In this document: positions 9,034 to 17,065 of the stretch, piece by piece
Position numbering within the stretch: position 1 is the first letter of the stretch
How the letters are laid out: every line of letters begins with the position of its first letter
Origin: a virus
Lineage: Duplodnaviria > Heunggongvirae > Uroviricota > Caudoviricetes
Strand: one strand, 5' to 3'
IMG/VR virus record: IMGVR_UViG_2925914267_000005
Coordinates: 1-20,458 of that record
Length of the DNA: 20,458 bases
Made by a program: the position numbers and the translations under genes
Notes under the pieces: generated by a model
The model's input: the letters and a program-made list of their open reading frames with translations, nothing else
Told to the model about the DNA's origin: nothing
Databases searched by the model: none

Positions 9034-10002
9034 ATGAGTGAAGTAACAGATTTAGTTGTTATTGAAAAAGCAAATGCAATGACTGTATTTCAGTCTGCCG
9101 ACCAGATTGAAGAAATCCTTCAAAAGGTTGAACGTGAAGTTATGTCCTTTGTGCCTGATATCACAACGGCAAAGGGCAGAAAGGAGATCGCTTCTCTGGC
9201 GTATAAAGTTGCGCAGACGAAAACATATCTCGATGGTCTTGGCAAAGACCTTGTTGCTGAACTGAAGGAAATTCCAAAGCTAATTGATGCTAACCGCAAG
9301 ACAGTGCGTGATCGCCTTGATGAGCTGAAAGCCAAGGCACGCCAGCCTCTTACTGATTATGAGGAAGAACAGGCGCGGATTAAAGCCGAAGAAGAAGCTA
9401 AGGCAGCAGCTGAAGCTCTCGCAAAGCAAATTGAGTCTGACCATGAAATAGCGATTTTGATGGATCGCGAATTTGACCGCCAAAGAGAAGAGGCAAGACT
9501 CAAAGCGGAGCAGGAAAAGCGAGAGCATGAAGAACGCTTAAAAAGAGAAGCTGAAGAGAAAGCCAGAGCTGAAGCCGAAGCAAAGGCAAAAGCCGAAATT
9601 GAAGCAGCAGCAAGGCGAGAAGCAGAAGCTAAGGCCGCAGCGGAACGTGCAGAGCGTGAACGCATTGAAGCCGAGCAACGAGCACAGCGCGAAGCAAAAG
9701 AGGCAGCAGAACGAGCTGAAAGAGAAAAGCAGGCAGCAATTGAAGCAGAACGCCGAAAAGCACAGGAGGAGGCAGAACGAATCCGGCGCGAGGCTGAAGC
9801 AAAAGAGCAAGCCAGAATAGCAGAAGAAAAAAGAATCAAGGACGAAGAAGAGCGTAGAGCAAAGGATAAAGCTCACCGGAGAGAAGTAAATAACAAAATA
9901 CTTGCTGACCTTATCAAGGTTGGCGCATCAGAAGATGTTGCTAAAAATATCATAATAGCCATCGCAAAAGGCGAAGTATTCGCAACAAAAATAACCTACT
10001 AA
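9034..10002 (+). CDS. Hypothetical phage early protein with long E/A/K/R-rich predicted coiled-coil region (TolA-domain-II-like composition)
   Basis: ATG at 9034 preceded by GGGGGA; ORF could extend upstream to 8938; central ~200 aa is low-complexity EAKAR-type; occupies the position of ea10/ral/sieB upstream of cIII. Confidence 0.6.
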   Translation: MSEVTDLVVIEKANAMTVFQSADQIEEILQKVEREVMSFVPDITTAKGRKEIASLAYKVAQTKTYLDGLGKDLVAELKEIPKLIDANRKTVRDRLDELKAKARQPLTDYEEEQARIKAEEEAKAAAEALAKQIESDHEIAILMDREFDRQREEARLKAEQEKREHEERLKREAEEKARAEAEAKAKAEIEAAARREAEAKAAAERAERERIEAEQRAQREAKEAAERAEREKQAAIEAERRKAQEEAERIRREAEAKEQARIAEEKRIKDEEERRAKDKAHRREVNNKILADLIKVGASEDVAKNIIIAIAKGEVFATKITY

Positions 10003-10026
10003 TAAAACCAACATAAGGAACCACCC

Positions 10027-10197
10027 ATGATTTACGCAATCGCGGGAGGCGCTCGCATGGGTGCCTTCCAACTAAATGAATCTTTACTTGAACGAATCAC
10101 CCGTAAATTACGTGACGGATGGAAACGACTTATCGACATACTTAATCAGCCAGGAGTCCCAAAAAATGGATCAAACACTTATGGCTATCCAGACTAA
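10027..10197 (+). CDS. cIII: Lambda-like CIII (FtsH/HflB inhibitor)
   Basis: 56-aa [59 protein letters not shown], near-identical over most of its length to lambda CIII as recalled; preceded by AAGGA. Confidence 0.85.
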   Translation: MIYAIAGGARMGAFQLNESLLERITRKLRDGWKRLIDILNQPGVPKNGSNTYGYPD

Positions 10198-10309
10198 ATT
10201 CACTATCGCCACTTTTATTGGCGATGAAAAGATGTTTCGTGAGGCCGTCGACGCTTATAAAAAATGGATATTAATACTGAAACTGAGATCAAGCAAAAGC
10301 ATTCACTAA
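10166..10309 (+). CDS. kil: Lambda Kil (FtsZ-ring inhibitor)
   Basis: 47-aa [50 protein letters not shown] matches lambda Kil as recalled; overlaps cIII 3' end. Confidence 0.85.
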   Translation: MDQTLMAIQTKFTIATFIGDEKMFREAVDAYKKWILILKLRSSKSIH

Positions 10310-10680
10310 CCCCCTTTCCTGTTTTCCTAATCAGCCCGGCATTTCGCGGGCGATATTTTCACAGCTATTTCAGGAGTTCAGCCATGAACGCTTATTACAT
10401 TCAGGATCGTCTTGAGGCTCAGAGCTGGACGCGTCACTACCAGCAGATCGCCCGTGAAGAGAAAGAGGCAGAACTGGCAGACGACATGGAAAAAGGCCTG
10501 CCCCAGCACCTGTTTGAATCGCTATGCATCGATCATTTGCAACGCCACGGGGCCAGCAAAAAAGCCATTACCCGTGCGTTCGATGACGATGTTGAGTTTC
10601 AGGAGCGCATGGCAGAACACATCCGGTACATGGTTGAAACTATTGCCCGCCACCAGGTTGATATTGATTCAGAGGTATAA
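10264..10680 (+). CDS. gam: Lambda Gam (RecBCD inhibitor); GamS internal start at 10383
   Basis: 138-aa [52 protein letters not shown]… near-identical to lambda Gam as recalled. Confidence 0.92.
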   Translation: MDINTETEIKQKHSLTPFPVFLISPAFRGRYFHSYFRSSAMNAYYIQDRLEAQSWTRHYQQIAREEKEAELADDMEKGLPQHLFESLCIDHLQRHGASKKAITRAFDDDVEFQERMAEHIRYMVETIARHQVDIDSEV

Positions 10681-10685
10681 AACGG

Positions 10686-11471
10686 ATGAGTACAGCACTC
10701 GCAACGCTGGCAGGGAAGCTGGCTGAACGTGTCGGCATGGATTCTGTCGACCCACAGGAACTGATCACCACTCTTCGCCAGACAGCATTTAAAGGCGATG
10801 CCAGCGATGCGCAGTTCATCGCATTGCTGATCGTCGCCAACCAGTACGGCCTTAATCCGTGGACGAAAGAAATTTACGCCTTCCCTGATAAGCAGAACGG
10901 CATCGTTCCGGTGGTGGGCGTTGATGGCTGGTCCCGTATCATCAATGAAAACCAGCAGTTTGATGGCATGGACTTTGAGCAGGACAATGAATCCTGCACA
11001 TGCCGGATTTACCGCAAGGACCGTAATCATCCGATCTGCGTTACCGAGTGGATGGATGAATGCCGCCGCGAACCATTCAAAACCCGCGAAGGCAGAGAAA
11101 TCACGGGGCCGTGGCAGTCGCATCCCAAACGGATGTTACGGCATAAAGCCATGATTCAGTGTGCCCGTCTCGCCTTCGGATTTGCTGGTATCTATGACAA
11201 GGATGAAGCCGAGCGCATTGTCGAAAATACCGCATACACTGCAGAACGTCAGCCGGAACGCGACATCACTCCGGTTAACGATGAAACCATGCAGGAGATT
11301 AACACTCTGCTGATTGCCCTGGATAAAACATGGGATGACGACTTATTGCCGCTCTGTTCCCAAATATTTCGCCGCGACATTCGCGCATCGTCAGAACTGA
11401 CACAGGCCGAAGCAGTGAAAGCTCTTGGATTCCTGAAACAGAAAGCCACTGAGCAGAAGGTGGCAGCATGA
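10686..11471 (+). CDS. bet: Lambda Red beta (single-strand annealing protein)
   Basis: 261-aa [41 protein letters not shown]… near-identical to lambda Bet as recalled. Confidence 0.95.
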   Translation: MSTALATLAGKLAERVGMDSVDPQELITTLRQTAFKGDASDAQFIALLIVANQYGLNPWTKEIYAFPDKQNGIVPVVGVDGWSRIINENQQFDGMDFEQDNESCTCRIYRKDRNHPICVTEWMDECRREPFKTREGREITGPWQSHPKRMLRHKAMIQCARLAFGFAGIYDKDEAERIVENTAYTAERQPERDITPVNDETMQEINTLLIALDKTWDDDLLPLCSQIFRRDIRASSELTQAEAVKALGFLKQKATEQKVAA

Positions 11472-12148
11472 CACCGGACATTATCCTGCAGCGTACCGGG
11501 ATCGACGTGAGAGCTGTCGAACAGGGGGATGATGCATGGCACAAATTACGGCTCGGCGTCATCACCGCTTCAGAAGTTCACAACGTGATAGCAAAGCCCC
11601 GATCAGGAAAGAAGTGGCCTGACATGAAAATGTCCTACTTCCACACCCTGCTGGCTGAGGTTTGCACCGGTGTGGCTCCGGAAGTTAACGCTAAAGCGCT
11701 GGCCTGGGGAAAACAGTACGAGAACGACGCCAGAACCCTGTTTGAGTTCACTTCCGGCGTAAATGTTATTGAATCCCCGATCATCTATCGCGACGAAAGT
11801 ATGCGCACCGCCTGCTCTCCCGATGGTTTATGCAGTGACGGCAATGGCCTTGAGCTGAAATGCCCGTTTACCTCCCGGGATTTCATGAAGTTCCGGCTCG
11901 GTGGTTTCGAGGCCATAAAGTCGGCTTACATGGCCCAGGTGCAGTACAGCATGTGGGTGACGCGAAAAGATGCCTGGTACTTTGCCAACTATGACCCGCG
12001 TATGAAGCGTGAAGGCCTGCATTATGTCGTGGTTGAGCGGGATGAAAAGTACATGGCGAGTTTTGACGAGATGGTGCCGGAGTTCATCGAAAAAATGGAC
12101 GAGGCACTGGCTGAAATTGGTTTTGTATTTGGGGAGCAATGGCGATGA
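11468..12148 (+). CDS. exo: Lambda exonuclease (Red alpha)
   Basis: 226-aa [68 protein letters not shown]… near-identical to lambda Exo as recalled; ATGA overlap with bet. Confidence 0.95.
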   Translation: MTPDIILQRTGIDVRAVEQGDDAWHKLRLGVITASEVHNVIAKPRSGKKWPDMKMSYFHTLLAEVCTGVAPEVNAKALAWGKQYENDARTLFEFTSGVNVIESPIIYRDESMRTACSPDGLCSDGNGLELKCPFTSRDFMKFRLGGFEAIKSAYMAQVQYSMWVTRKDAWYFANYDPRMKREGLHYVVVERDEKYMASFDEMVPEFIEKMDEALAEIGFVFGEQWR

Positions 12149-12327
12149 CGCATCCTCACGATAATATCCGGGTAGGCGCGATCACTTTCGTCTACTCCGT
12201 TACAAAGCGAGGCTGGGTATTTCCCGGCCTTTCTGTTATCCAAAATCCACTGAAAGCCCAGCGGCTGGCTGAGGAGATAAATAATAAACGAGGGGCTGTA
12301 TGCACAAAGCATCTCCCGTTGAGTTAA
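12145..12327 (+). CDS. Lambda orf60a-like hypothetical protein
   Basis: [56 protein letters not shown]…; ATG overlaps exo stop (ATGA); alternative ATG at 12139. Confidence 0.8.
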   Translation: MTHPHDNIRVGAITFVYSVTKRGWVFPGLSVIQNPLKAQRLAEEINNKRGAVCTKHLPLS

Positions 12328-12491
12328 GAACGAGTATCGAGATGGCACATAGCCTCGCTCAAATTGGAGTCAGGTTTGTGCCAATACCAGTAGAAACAGA
12401 CGAAGAATTTCATACGTTAGCCACATCCCTTTCACAAAAGCTGGAAATGATGGTGGCGAAAGCAGAAGCAGATGAGAGAGACCAGGTATGA
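12300..12491 (+). CDS. Lambda orf63-like hypothetical protein
   Basis: 63-aa ORF in lambda order between orf60a and orf61. Confidence 0.75.
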   Translation: MHKASPVELRTSIEMAHSLAQIGVRFVPIPVETDEEFHTLATSLSQKLEMMVAKAEADERDQV

Positions 12492-12571
12492 CAACCACTG
12501 AATGCATTTTTCTGGCAGCGGGCTTCATATTCTGTGTGCTTATGCTTGCCGACATGGGACTTGTTCAATGA
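12488..12571 (+). CDS. Candidate 27-aa hydrophobic micro-protein (MTTTECIFLAAGFIFCVLMLADMGLVQ)
   Basis: Not in ORF track (too short); start ATG overlaps orf63 stop as ATGA and its stop overlaps orf61 start as ATGA; single predicted transmembrane helix. Confidence 0.35.
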   Translation: MTTTECIFLAAGFIFCVLMLADMGLVQ

Positions 12572-12783
12572 CACCTCAGCAAGAAAACGCCCTTCGCAGT
12601 ATTGCCCGTCAGGCTAATTATGAAATCAAAAAAGCCAGACAGCGGTTTCCGGATAAAAACGTCGATGACATTTGCCGTAGCGTACTGAAGAAGCACCGCG
12701 AAACGGTAACGCTGATGGGATTCACACCGACTCACTTAAGTCTGGCAATCGGTATGTTAAACGGCGTCTTTAAGGAACGGTGA
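12568..12783 (+). CDS. Lambda orf61-like hypothetical protein
   Basis: 71-aa ORF MTPQQENALRSIARQANYEIKKARQRFPDKNVDDICRSVLKKHRETVTLMGFTPTHLSLAIGMLNGVFKER matches lambda orf61 as recalled. Confidence 0.8.
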   Translation: MTPQQENALRSIARQANYEIKKARQRFPDKNVDDICRSVLKKHRETVTLMGFTPTHLSLAIGMLNGVFKER

Positions 12784-12804
12784 ACATGAAAAGCAAAATC
12801 ATCA

Positions 12805-12828
12805 GGGAGCTACAGGCTCCTTTTTTAT
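12805..12828 (+). terminator. Intrinsic terminator-like hairpin (ggagc-tacag-gctcc plus T6) after orf61
   Basis: Stem and T-run read directly. Confidence 0.5.
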
Positions 12829-12881
12829 TATTCGCATTCACCCTCAAGCGTATTAACCAACAATTCAGGGATTAATGAAAG

Positions 12882-13103
12882 ATGGCGGACATCATTGATT
12901 CAGCATCAGAAATTGAAGAATTACAGCGCAATACAGCAATAAAAATGCGCCGCCTGAACCACCAGGCTATATCTGCCACTCATTGTTGTGAGTGTGGCGA
13001 TCCCATAGATGAGCGAAGACGCCTGGCCGTTCAGGGTTGTCGGACTTGTGCAAGTTGCCAGGAAGTTCTGGAGCTTATCAGTAAACAGAGAGGTTCGAAG
13101 TGA
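12882..13103 (+). CDS. TraR/DksA-family C4-type zinc finger protein
   Basis: 73-aa ORF with CxxC…CxxC (CCECGDPIDERRRLAVQGCRTCASC) characteristic of phage/plasmid TraR-like proteins. Confidence 0.7.
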   Translation: MADIIDSASEIEELQRNTAIKMRRLNHQAISATHCCECGDPIDERRRLAVQGCRTCASCQEVLELISKQRGSK

Positions 13104-13471
13104 GCGAAATTAACTCTCAGGCACTGCGTGAAGCGGCAGAGCAGGCAATGCATGACAACTGGGGATTTGACGCGGACCTTTTCCATGAGCTGGTAACACC
13201 ATCGATTGTGCTGGCACTGCTGGATGAACGGGAAAGAAACCAGCAATACATCAAACGCCGCGACAAGGAGAACGAGGATATTGCACTAACGGTAGGGAGG
13301 CTGCGCGTTGAGCTGGAAGGCAAACACAGGCGCATTACTGAGCTGACAATGTGGATTAAGCGACTGAGTTCCTCTCTCAAAAACGCAAAACCAGACAGCA
13401 AGTTGCCGGATGACGCAATGATCTGGCTAAATAATGAAGGGCTTACCAGTATAGAGGATATTTTACGATGA
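13100..13471 (+). CDS. Ea22-like protein (N-terminal region resembles lambda Ea22)
   Basis: MSEINSQALREAAEQAMHDNWGFDADLFHELVTPSIVL…ERERNQQYIKRRD… matches recalled lambda Ea22 N-terminus, C-terminal part diverges. Confidence 0.65.
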   Translation: MSEINSQALREAAEQAMHDNWGFDADLFHELVTPSIVLALLDERERNQQYIKRRDKENEDIALTVGRLRVELEGKHRRITELTMWIKRLSSSLKNAKPDSKLPDDAMIWLNNEGLTSIEDILR

Positions 13472-14006
13472 GCACTTTTACCATGGAATGGCTACAAAAT
13501 ACGATTACCAGTATTGAGTCAGCACGAGATGAAATGCCATTCGGACTCGATAACGATCAAGCACACATGCTTACAGCATTTAAAATCGCTCTCGCCTCAC
13601 TGGAACGCGAGCGGGTTCGCCACGAGCATGCCAAATGGTCTGACTCCACATTTGGCTGCGTTGGCCCCATTGGTCCACTGAAACACCTCTCAAAAGAGGC
13701 TCTGGAAGCCGCAGCCGAACCTGACGATCTCAGCGAGTGGGCTGATATGCAGTTCCTGTTGTGGGATGCACAGCGCCGTGCTGGCATCAGCGATGCTGAA
13801 ATTAACGTTGCTATGGAAGATAAATTGAAGATCAACATGGAGCGCCAGTGGCCTGAGCCAAAAGATGGTGAGCCTCGCTTGCACATTAAAGAACCCGGCA
13901 ACTCTCCGATAATTCCGGATGGTTTACCCACGGTATGCGCTGAGGCTTATCAGGTTGTAGGAGTTATGGCAGATGCGCTTGGTGTATTCGGTGATGCAGC
14001 AGTACA
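13468..14006 (+). pseudogene. 5' fragment of a phage gene interrupted by the IS629-like element
   Basis: ORF continues in-frame across the IS if the IS and one ACA copy are removed (…GDAAV|QKVLDNL…). Confidence 0.7.
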
Positions 14007-14060
14007 TGAACCGCCCCGGGAATCCTGGAGACTAAACTCCCTGAGAAAGAGGTAAACAGG

Positions 14061-14387
14061 ATGACTAAAAATACTCGTTTTTCCCCCGAAGTCCGTCAGA
14101 GGGCGATTCGTATGGTTCTGGAAAGTCAGGGCGAATATGACTCACAGTGGGAGGCAATTTGTTCCATTGCCCCAAAGATTGGCTGTACACCGGAGACTCT
14201 GCGTGTCTGGGTACGCCAGCATGAGCGGGATACCGGAGGCGGTGATGGCGGGCTCACCACCGCTGAACGTCAGCGTCTGAAAGAGCTGGAACGTGAAAAT
14301 CGTGAACTGCGCCGCAGTAACGATATCCTTCGCCAGGCTTCCGCTTATTTTGCGAAGGCGGAGTTCGACCGCCTCTGGAAAAAGTGA
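14061..14387 (+). CDS. IS3-family transposase OrfA
   Basis: 108-aa [29 protein letters not shown]…. Confidence 0.88.
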   Translation: MTKNTRFSPEVRQRAIRMVLESQGEYDSQWEAICSIAPKIGCTPETLRVWVRQHERDTGGGDGGLTTAERQRLKELERENRELRRSNDILRQASAYFAKAEFDRLWKK

Positions 14388-15274
14388 TGCCACTGCTGGA
14401 TAAGCTGCGTAAGCTGTACGGGGTCGGACCGGTATGCAGTGAACTACATATTGCCCCGTCAACGTATTACCACTGTCAGCAACAGCGACATCATCCTGAT
14501 AAACGCAGTGCCCGTGCGCAGCGCGATGACTGGCTGAAGAAAGAGATACTGCGCGTATACGATGGGAATCATCAGGTATACGGTGTGCGTAAAGTCTGGC
14601 GTCAGTTGTTACGGGAAGGAATCAGGGTAGCCAGATGTACAGTGGCGCGCCTCATGGCGGTTATGGGACTTGCCGGTGTTCTCCGGGGTAAAAAGGTCCG
14701 CACTACCGTCAGCCGGAAAGCCGTTGCCGCAGGCGACCGCGTAAACCGTCAGTTTGTGGCAGAACGTCCTGACCAGTTGTGGGTGGCTGATTTTACTTAC
14801 GTCAGCACATGGCAGGGCTTCGTCTATGTGGCGTTCATCATTGATGTGTTTGCCGGATACATCGTGGGGTGGCGGGTCTCATCGTCTATGGAAACGACAT
14901 TCGTGCTGGATGCTCTGGAGCAGGCGTTATGGGCCCGTCGACCGTCCGGCACAGTCCATCACAGTGATAAAGGTTCTCAGTATGTATCGCTGGCCTACAC
15001 ACAGCGGCTTAAGGAAGCCGGATTACTGGCATCAACAGGAAGTACTGGTGACTCGTATGACAACGCGATGGCGGAGAGCATCAATGGCCTTTACAAAGCG
15101 GAGGTAATACACCGTAAGAGCTGGAAAAACCGGACAGAAGTGGAGCTGGCCACACTCACGTGGGTGGACTGGTATAACAATCGACGATTGCTGGAAAGGC
15201 TGGGCCATATCCCACCGGCAGAAGCAGAAAAAGCTTATTATGCTTCCATCGGAAACGATGATCTGGCAGCCTGA
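14384..15274 (+). CDS. IS3-family transposase OrfB (DDE domain)
   Basis: 296-aa ORF with …HHSDKGSQY… and …[13 protein letters not shown]… motifs. Confidence 0.88.
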   Translation: MMPLLDKLRKLYGVGPVCSELHIAPSTYYHCQQQRHHPDKRSARAQRDDWLKKEILRVYDGNHQVYGVRKVWRQLLREGIRVARCTVARLMAVMGLAGVLRGKKVRTTVSRKAVAAGDRVNRQFVAERPDQLWVADFTYVSTWQGFVYVAFIIDVFAGYIVGWRVSSSMETTFVLDALEQALWARRPSGTVHHSDKGSQYVSLAYTQRLKEAGLLASTGSTGDSYDNAMAESINGLYKAEVIHRKSWKNRTEVELATLTWVDWYNNRRLLERLGHIPPAEAEKAYYASIGNDDLAA

Positions 15275-15319
15275 GTTCACAGATAAAACACTCTCCAGGA
15301 AACCCGGGGCGGTTCAACA

Positions 15320-15581
15320 GAAAGTTCTGGATAACCTGTCACAGCAAAAACTTGTTCACAGAGATGTGCTGCCGTTCTCGCTTCCGGTAATTCCGGATGG
15401 TTGGATAAGCTGTAGTGAGCGAATGCCCGCTCAAGATGATTGGATTTTAATTTATTCAAAGCACGGCGAGTATATGGCAGGACAGGTACAAGGGGAATAC
15501 GTGGAGTTGAGCGACGGCACTTTATCGTGGTTAGGGAACGCCTTGTTCTGGATGCCGCTACCGGAACCGCCGCAGGGGTGA
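15320..15581 (+). pseudogene. 3' fragment of the IS-interrupted phage gene; C-terminal DUF551-like domain
   Basis: In-frame continuation of the 13468 ORF after the IS; C-terminus …WISCSERMPAQDDWILIY…WMPLPEPPQG resembles DUF551 phage proteins. Confidence 0.65.
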
Positions 15582-15647
15582 AATGATGCTTGGCCTGAAG
15601 TATTTTATGTAATTGGTATTGCTATATTTTTATCTGGGGATAAACGA

Positions 15648-15890
15648 ATGTTCTCTCTGATTCAACGTGGTCAGATATACACCGATAGCGCTGGCTATCC
15701 AGTAAAAATCATTCGTAGTACTGATCACTCAGTGTTCTTCAAGAGGATGGATGGCTATCCTGGAAGGGTGTGCATCAGAAAATTCAATAATTTATTCGAA
15801 CACATTGATCACAGAGAATATCACCAGATCCTGGCTGAAACAGAACAGGAGAACCATCTGAAAAAATTACGTGCCATGCAAAGGAGATAA
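15648..15890 (+). CDS. Hypothetical small phage protein (80 aa)
   Basis: ORF with plausible codon usage in the accessory region upstream of xis; no family recognised with confidence. Confidence 0.5.
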   Translation: MFSLIQRGQIYTDSAGYPVKIIRSTDHSVFFKRMDGYPGRVCIRKFNNLFEHIDHREYHQILAETEQENHLKKLRAMQRR

Positions 15891-16032
15891 GCCGATAAAG
15901 GTGTTCGCGATAAAGGTGAATATCGGCACTGAATAACAATCCTCGCACTCGCGGGGATTTCTTTTATCTGAACTCGCTACGGCGGGTTCACCGTCAAGCT
16001 TTCTTCAATGCAAAAGCCAATGTGAGGACGCT

Positions 16033-16814
16033 ATGAATACTCAAATTTCTGTTGAAACACTTTCACCAATCACCTACAAACAAACCAACGTCATCACCAG
16101 CGAACTATTGGCGCAGTTGTACGGAACGGATGTTGTGCGCATCCGGCAAAACCATCATGAAAACAAGTCGCGCTTTGTTGAGGGGGTACACCTTCTACAA
16201 GGTCGTTGGTGACGAGCTGCGCGCTAAAACACAAAGTAGCTTTAAACTACTTTGTGAAAATTGCCCCAAATGCACGCCACCTCACCCTCTGGACAGAGCG
16301 CGGAGCCGCCCGTCACGCGAAGATGCTCGAAACGGATCAGGCACGGGACGTGTTCGAAAAACTGGAGGGCGGCTACTTCAATCAGCGCGAAAAGGTTGCC
16401 AACCATCCTCAACCAGTACCGCAACCAGAAAGTAGCCTAGACCGTGCGCGAGCCATGGAAATAGCTTTGAACGTGGCGGATCGACTGGTGAATATGTTCC
16501 CGAATCTGTCCTCAGAATCAAAGCAGGCAGCAGTAGCTGGAGTGTTCAACACGATTGTTGGTCGCGATGTTGTACCTCTGCCAGCTATCTCAGAGCACTA
16601 CTACTCTGCTACGGAAGTCGGCCAGCGCTACGGTATTTCAGCCAACAAGGTAGGACGCATTGCCAATACCTACATGCTCAAAACAGAAAAGTACGGTAAG
16701 TGGTTCATCGACAAATCGGCGCACAATGACAAGCAGGTTGAAACATTTCGGTACAACGAGGCTGGAGTGCACAAAATAGAGGAACTCATCGAAGGAGAGC
16801 GAAAGGCTGCATGA
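16033..16814 (+). pseudogene. ORF6N/KilA-N-like antirepressor-family gene, apparently disrupted by frameshift(s)
   Basis: ATG at 16033 with GAGG RBS encodes MNTQISVETLSPITYKQTNVITSELLAQLYGTDVVRIRQNHHENKSRFVEGVH then stops at 16210-16212; homology-like continuation FYKVVGDELRAKTQ… is in the +1 frame and …APNARHLTLWTERGAARHAKMLETDQA… in a third frame (ORF 16206-16814). Confidence 0.5.
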
Positions 16815-16863
16815 TTTGACAACACCGCCAGAGCTATCGCATACTGACCGCACTAGAAAATAT

Positions 16864-16890
16864 AGGCGGTCATCCGCACCCGATAGCCTT
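16864..16890 (+). terminator. Possible intrinsic terminator (ccgca…tgcgg stem followed by CTTTTT) downstream of the ORF6N-like gene
   Basis: Read directly; loop is long (about 10 nt) so moderate. Confidence 0.35.
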
Positions 16891-17012
16891 GCGGCTTTTT
16901 ATGCCCGTAATACGGCATAGTCACATCCGTACAAAGGTCGGGTGGAGAGGCGTAATACAACACCCGCAAGGGAAATATGCCCGGAGCTACCTATATTGCT
17001 CTAGTTGACACC

Positions 17013-17039
17013 CGATCACCAGCTACTCACTGGTGATCG
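17013..17039. promoter_or_regulatory. Perfect 10-bp inverted repeat cgatcaccag-ctactca-ctggtgatcg immediately downstream of a TTGACA hexamer (17005-17010), upstream of the AntA-like gene
   Basis: Read directly; candidate operator or RNA hairpin. Confidence 0.4.
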
Positions 17040-17065
17040 CACACTGAAAAATATAGGAGGTCATC

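Larger units (their letters stand above)
14007..15316 (+). mobile_element. IS3-family insertion sequence, IS629-like (1310 bp) with 3-bp target-site duplication ACA
   Basis: Ends TGAACCGCCCCGGG… and …CCCGGGGCGGTTCA form a near-perfect terminal inverted repeat; ACA at 14004-14006 and 15317-15319; OrfA 108 aa and OrfB 296 aa in -1 frame relation; IS629 identity from recalled OrfA sequence. Confidence 0.88.

Noticed and set aside
9357-9839. Apparent nucleotide repetitiveness that could suggest a CRISPR array or tandem repeat
   Set aside because: The periodicity comes from biased codons for Glu/Ala/Lys/Arg in a coding sequence; there are no exact direct repeats with unique spacers.
9120-9876. 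Several minus-strand ORFs (71-160 aa) inside the coiled-coil gene
   Set aside because: Their translations are Ser/Ala/Cys/Phe-rich low-complexity strings, the expected reverse-frame artefact of a repetitive E/A/K/R-coding sequence; not genes.
10599-11123. 174-aa minus-strand ORF and other antisense or alternate-frame ORFs over gam/bet/exo (for example 10412-10726, 10921-11154, 11828-12139)
   Set aside because: They lie inside near-identical lambda gam, bet and exo, whose reading frames are established; the overlapping frames are incidental.
10027-12148. Possibility that this is the engineered defective lambda prophage of recombineering strains
   Set aside because: Those constructs retain N, pL and cI857; here N/pL/cI are absent and two natural IS elements plus non-lambda genes are present, so a natural remnant fits better.
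14754-15107. 117-aa ORF inside the IS629-like element in another frame
   Set aside because: Lies wholly within the transposase OrfB coding region in a different frame; no independent start signals.
16052-16435. ORFs 16052-16435 and 16206-16814 as two independent genes
   Set aside because: They overlap in different frames and together with the unlisted 16033-16212 ORF look like one ORF6N-like gene broken by frameshifts; treated as a single probable pseudogene, though this needs confirming.
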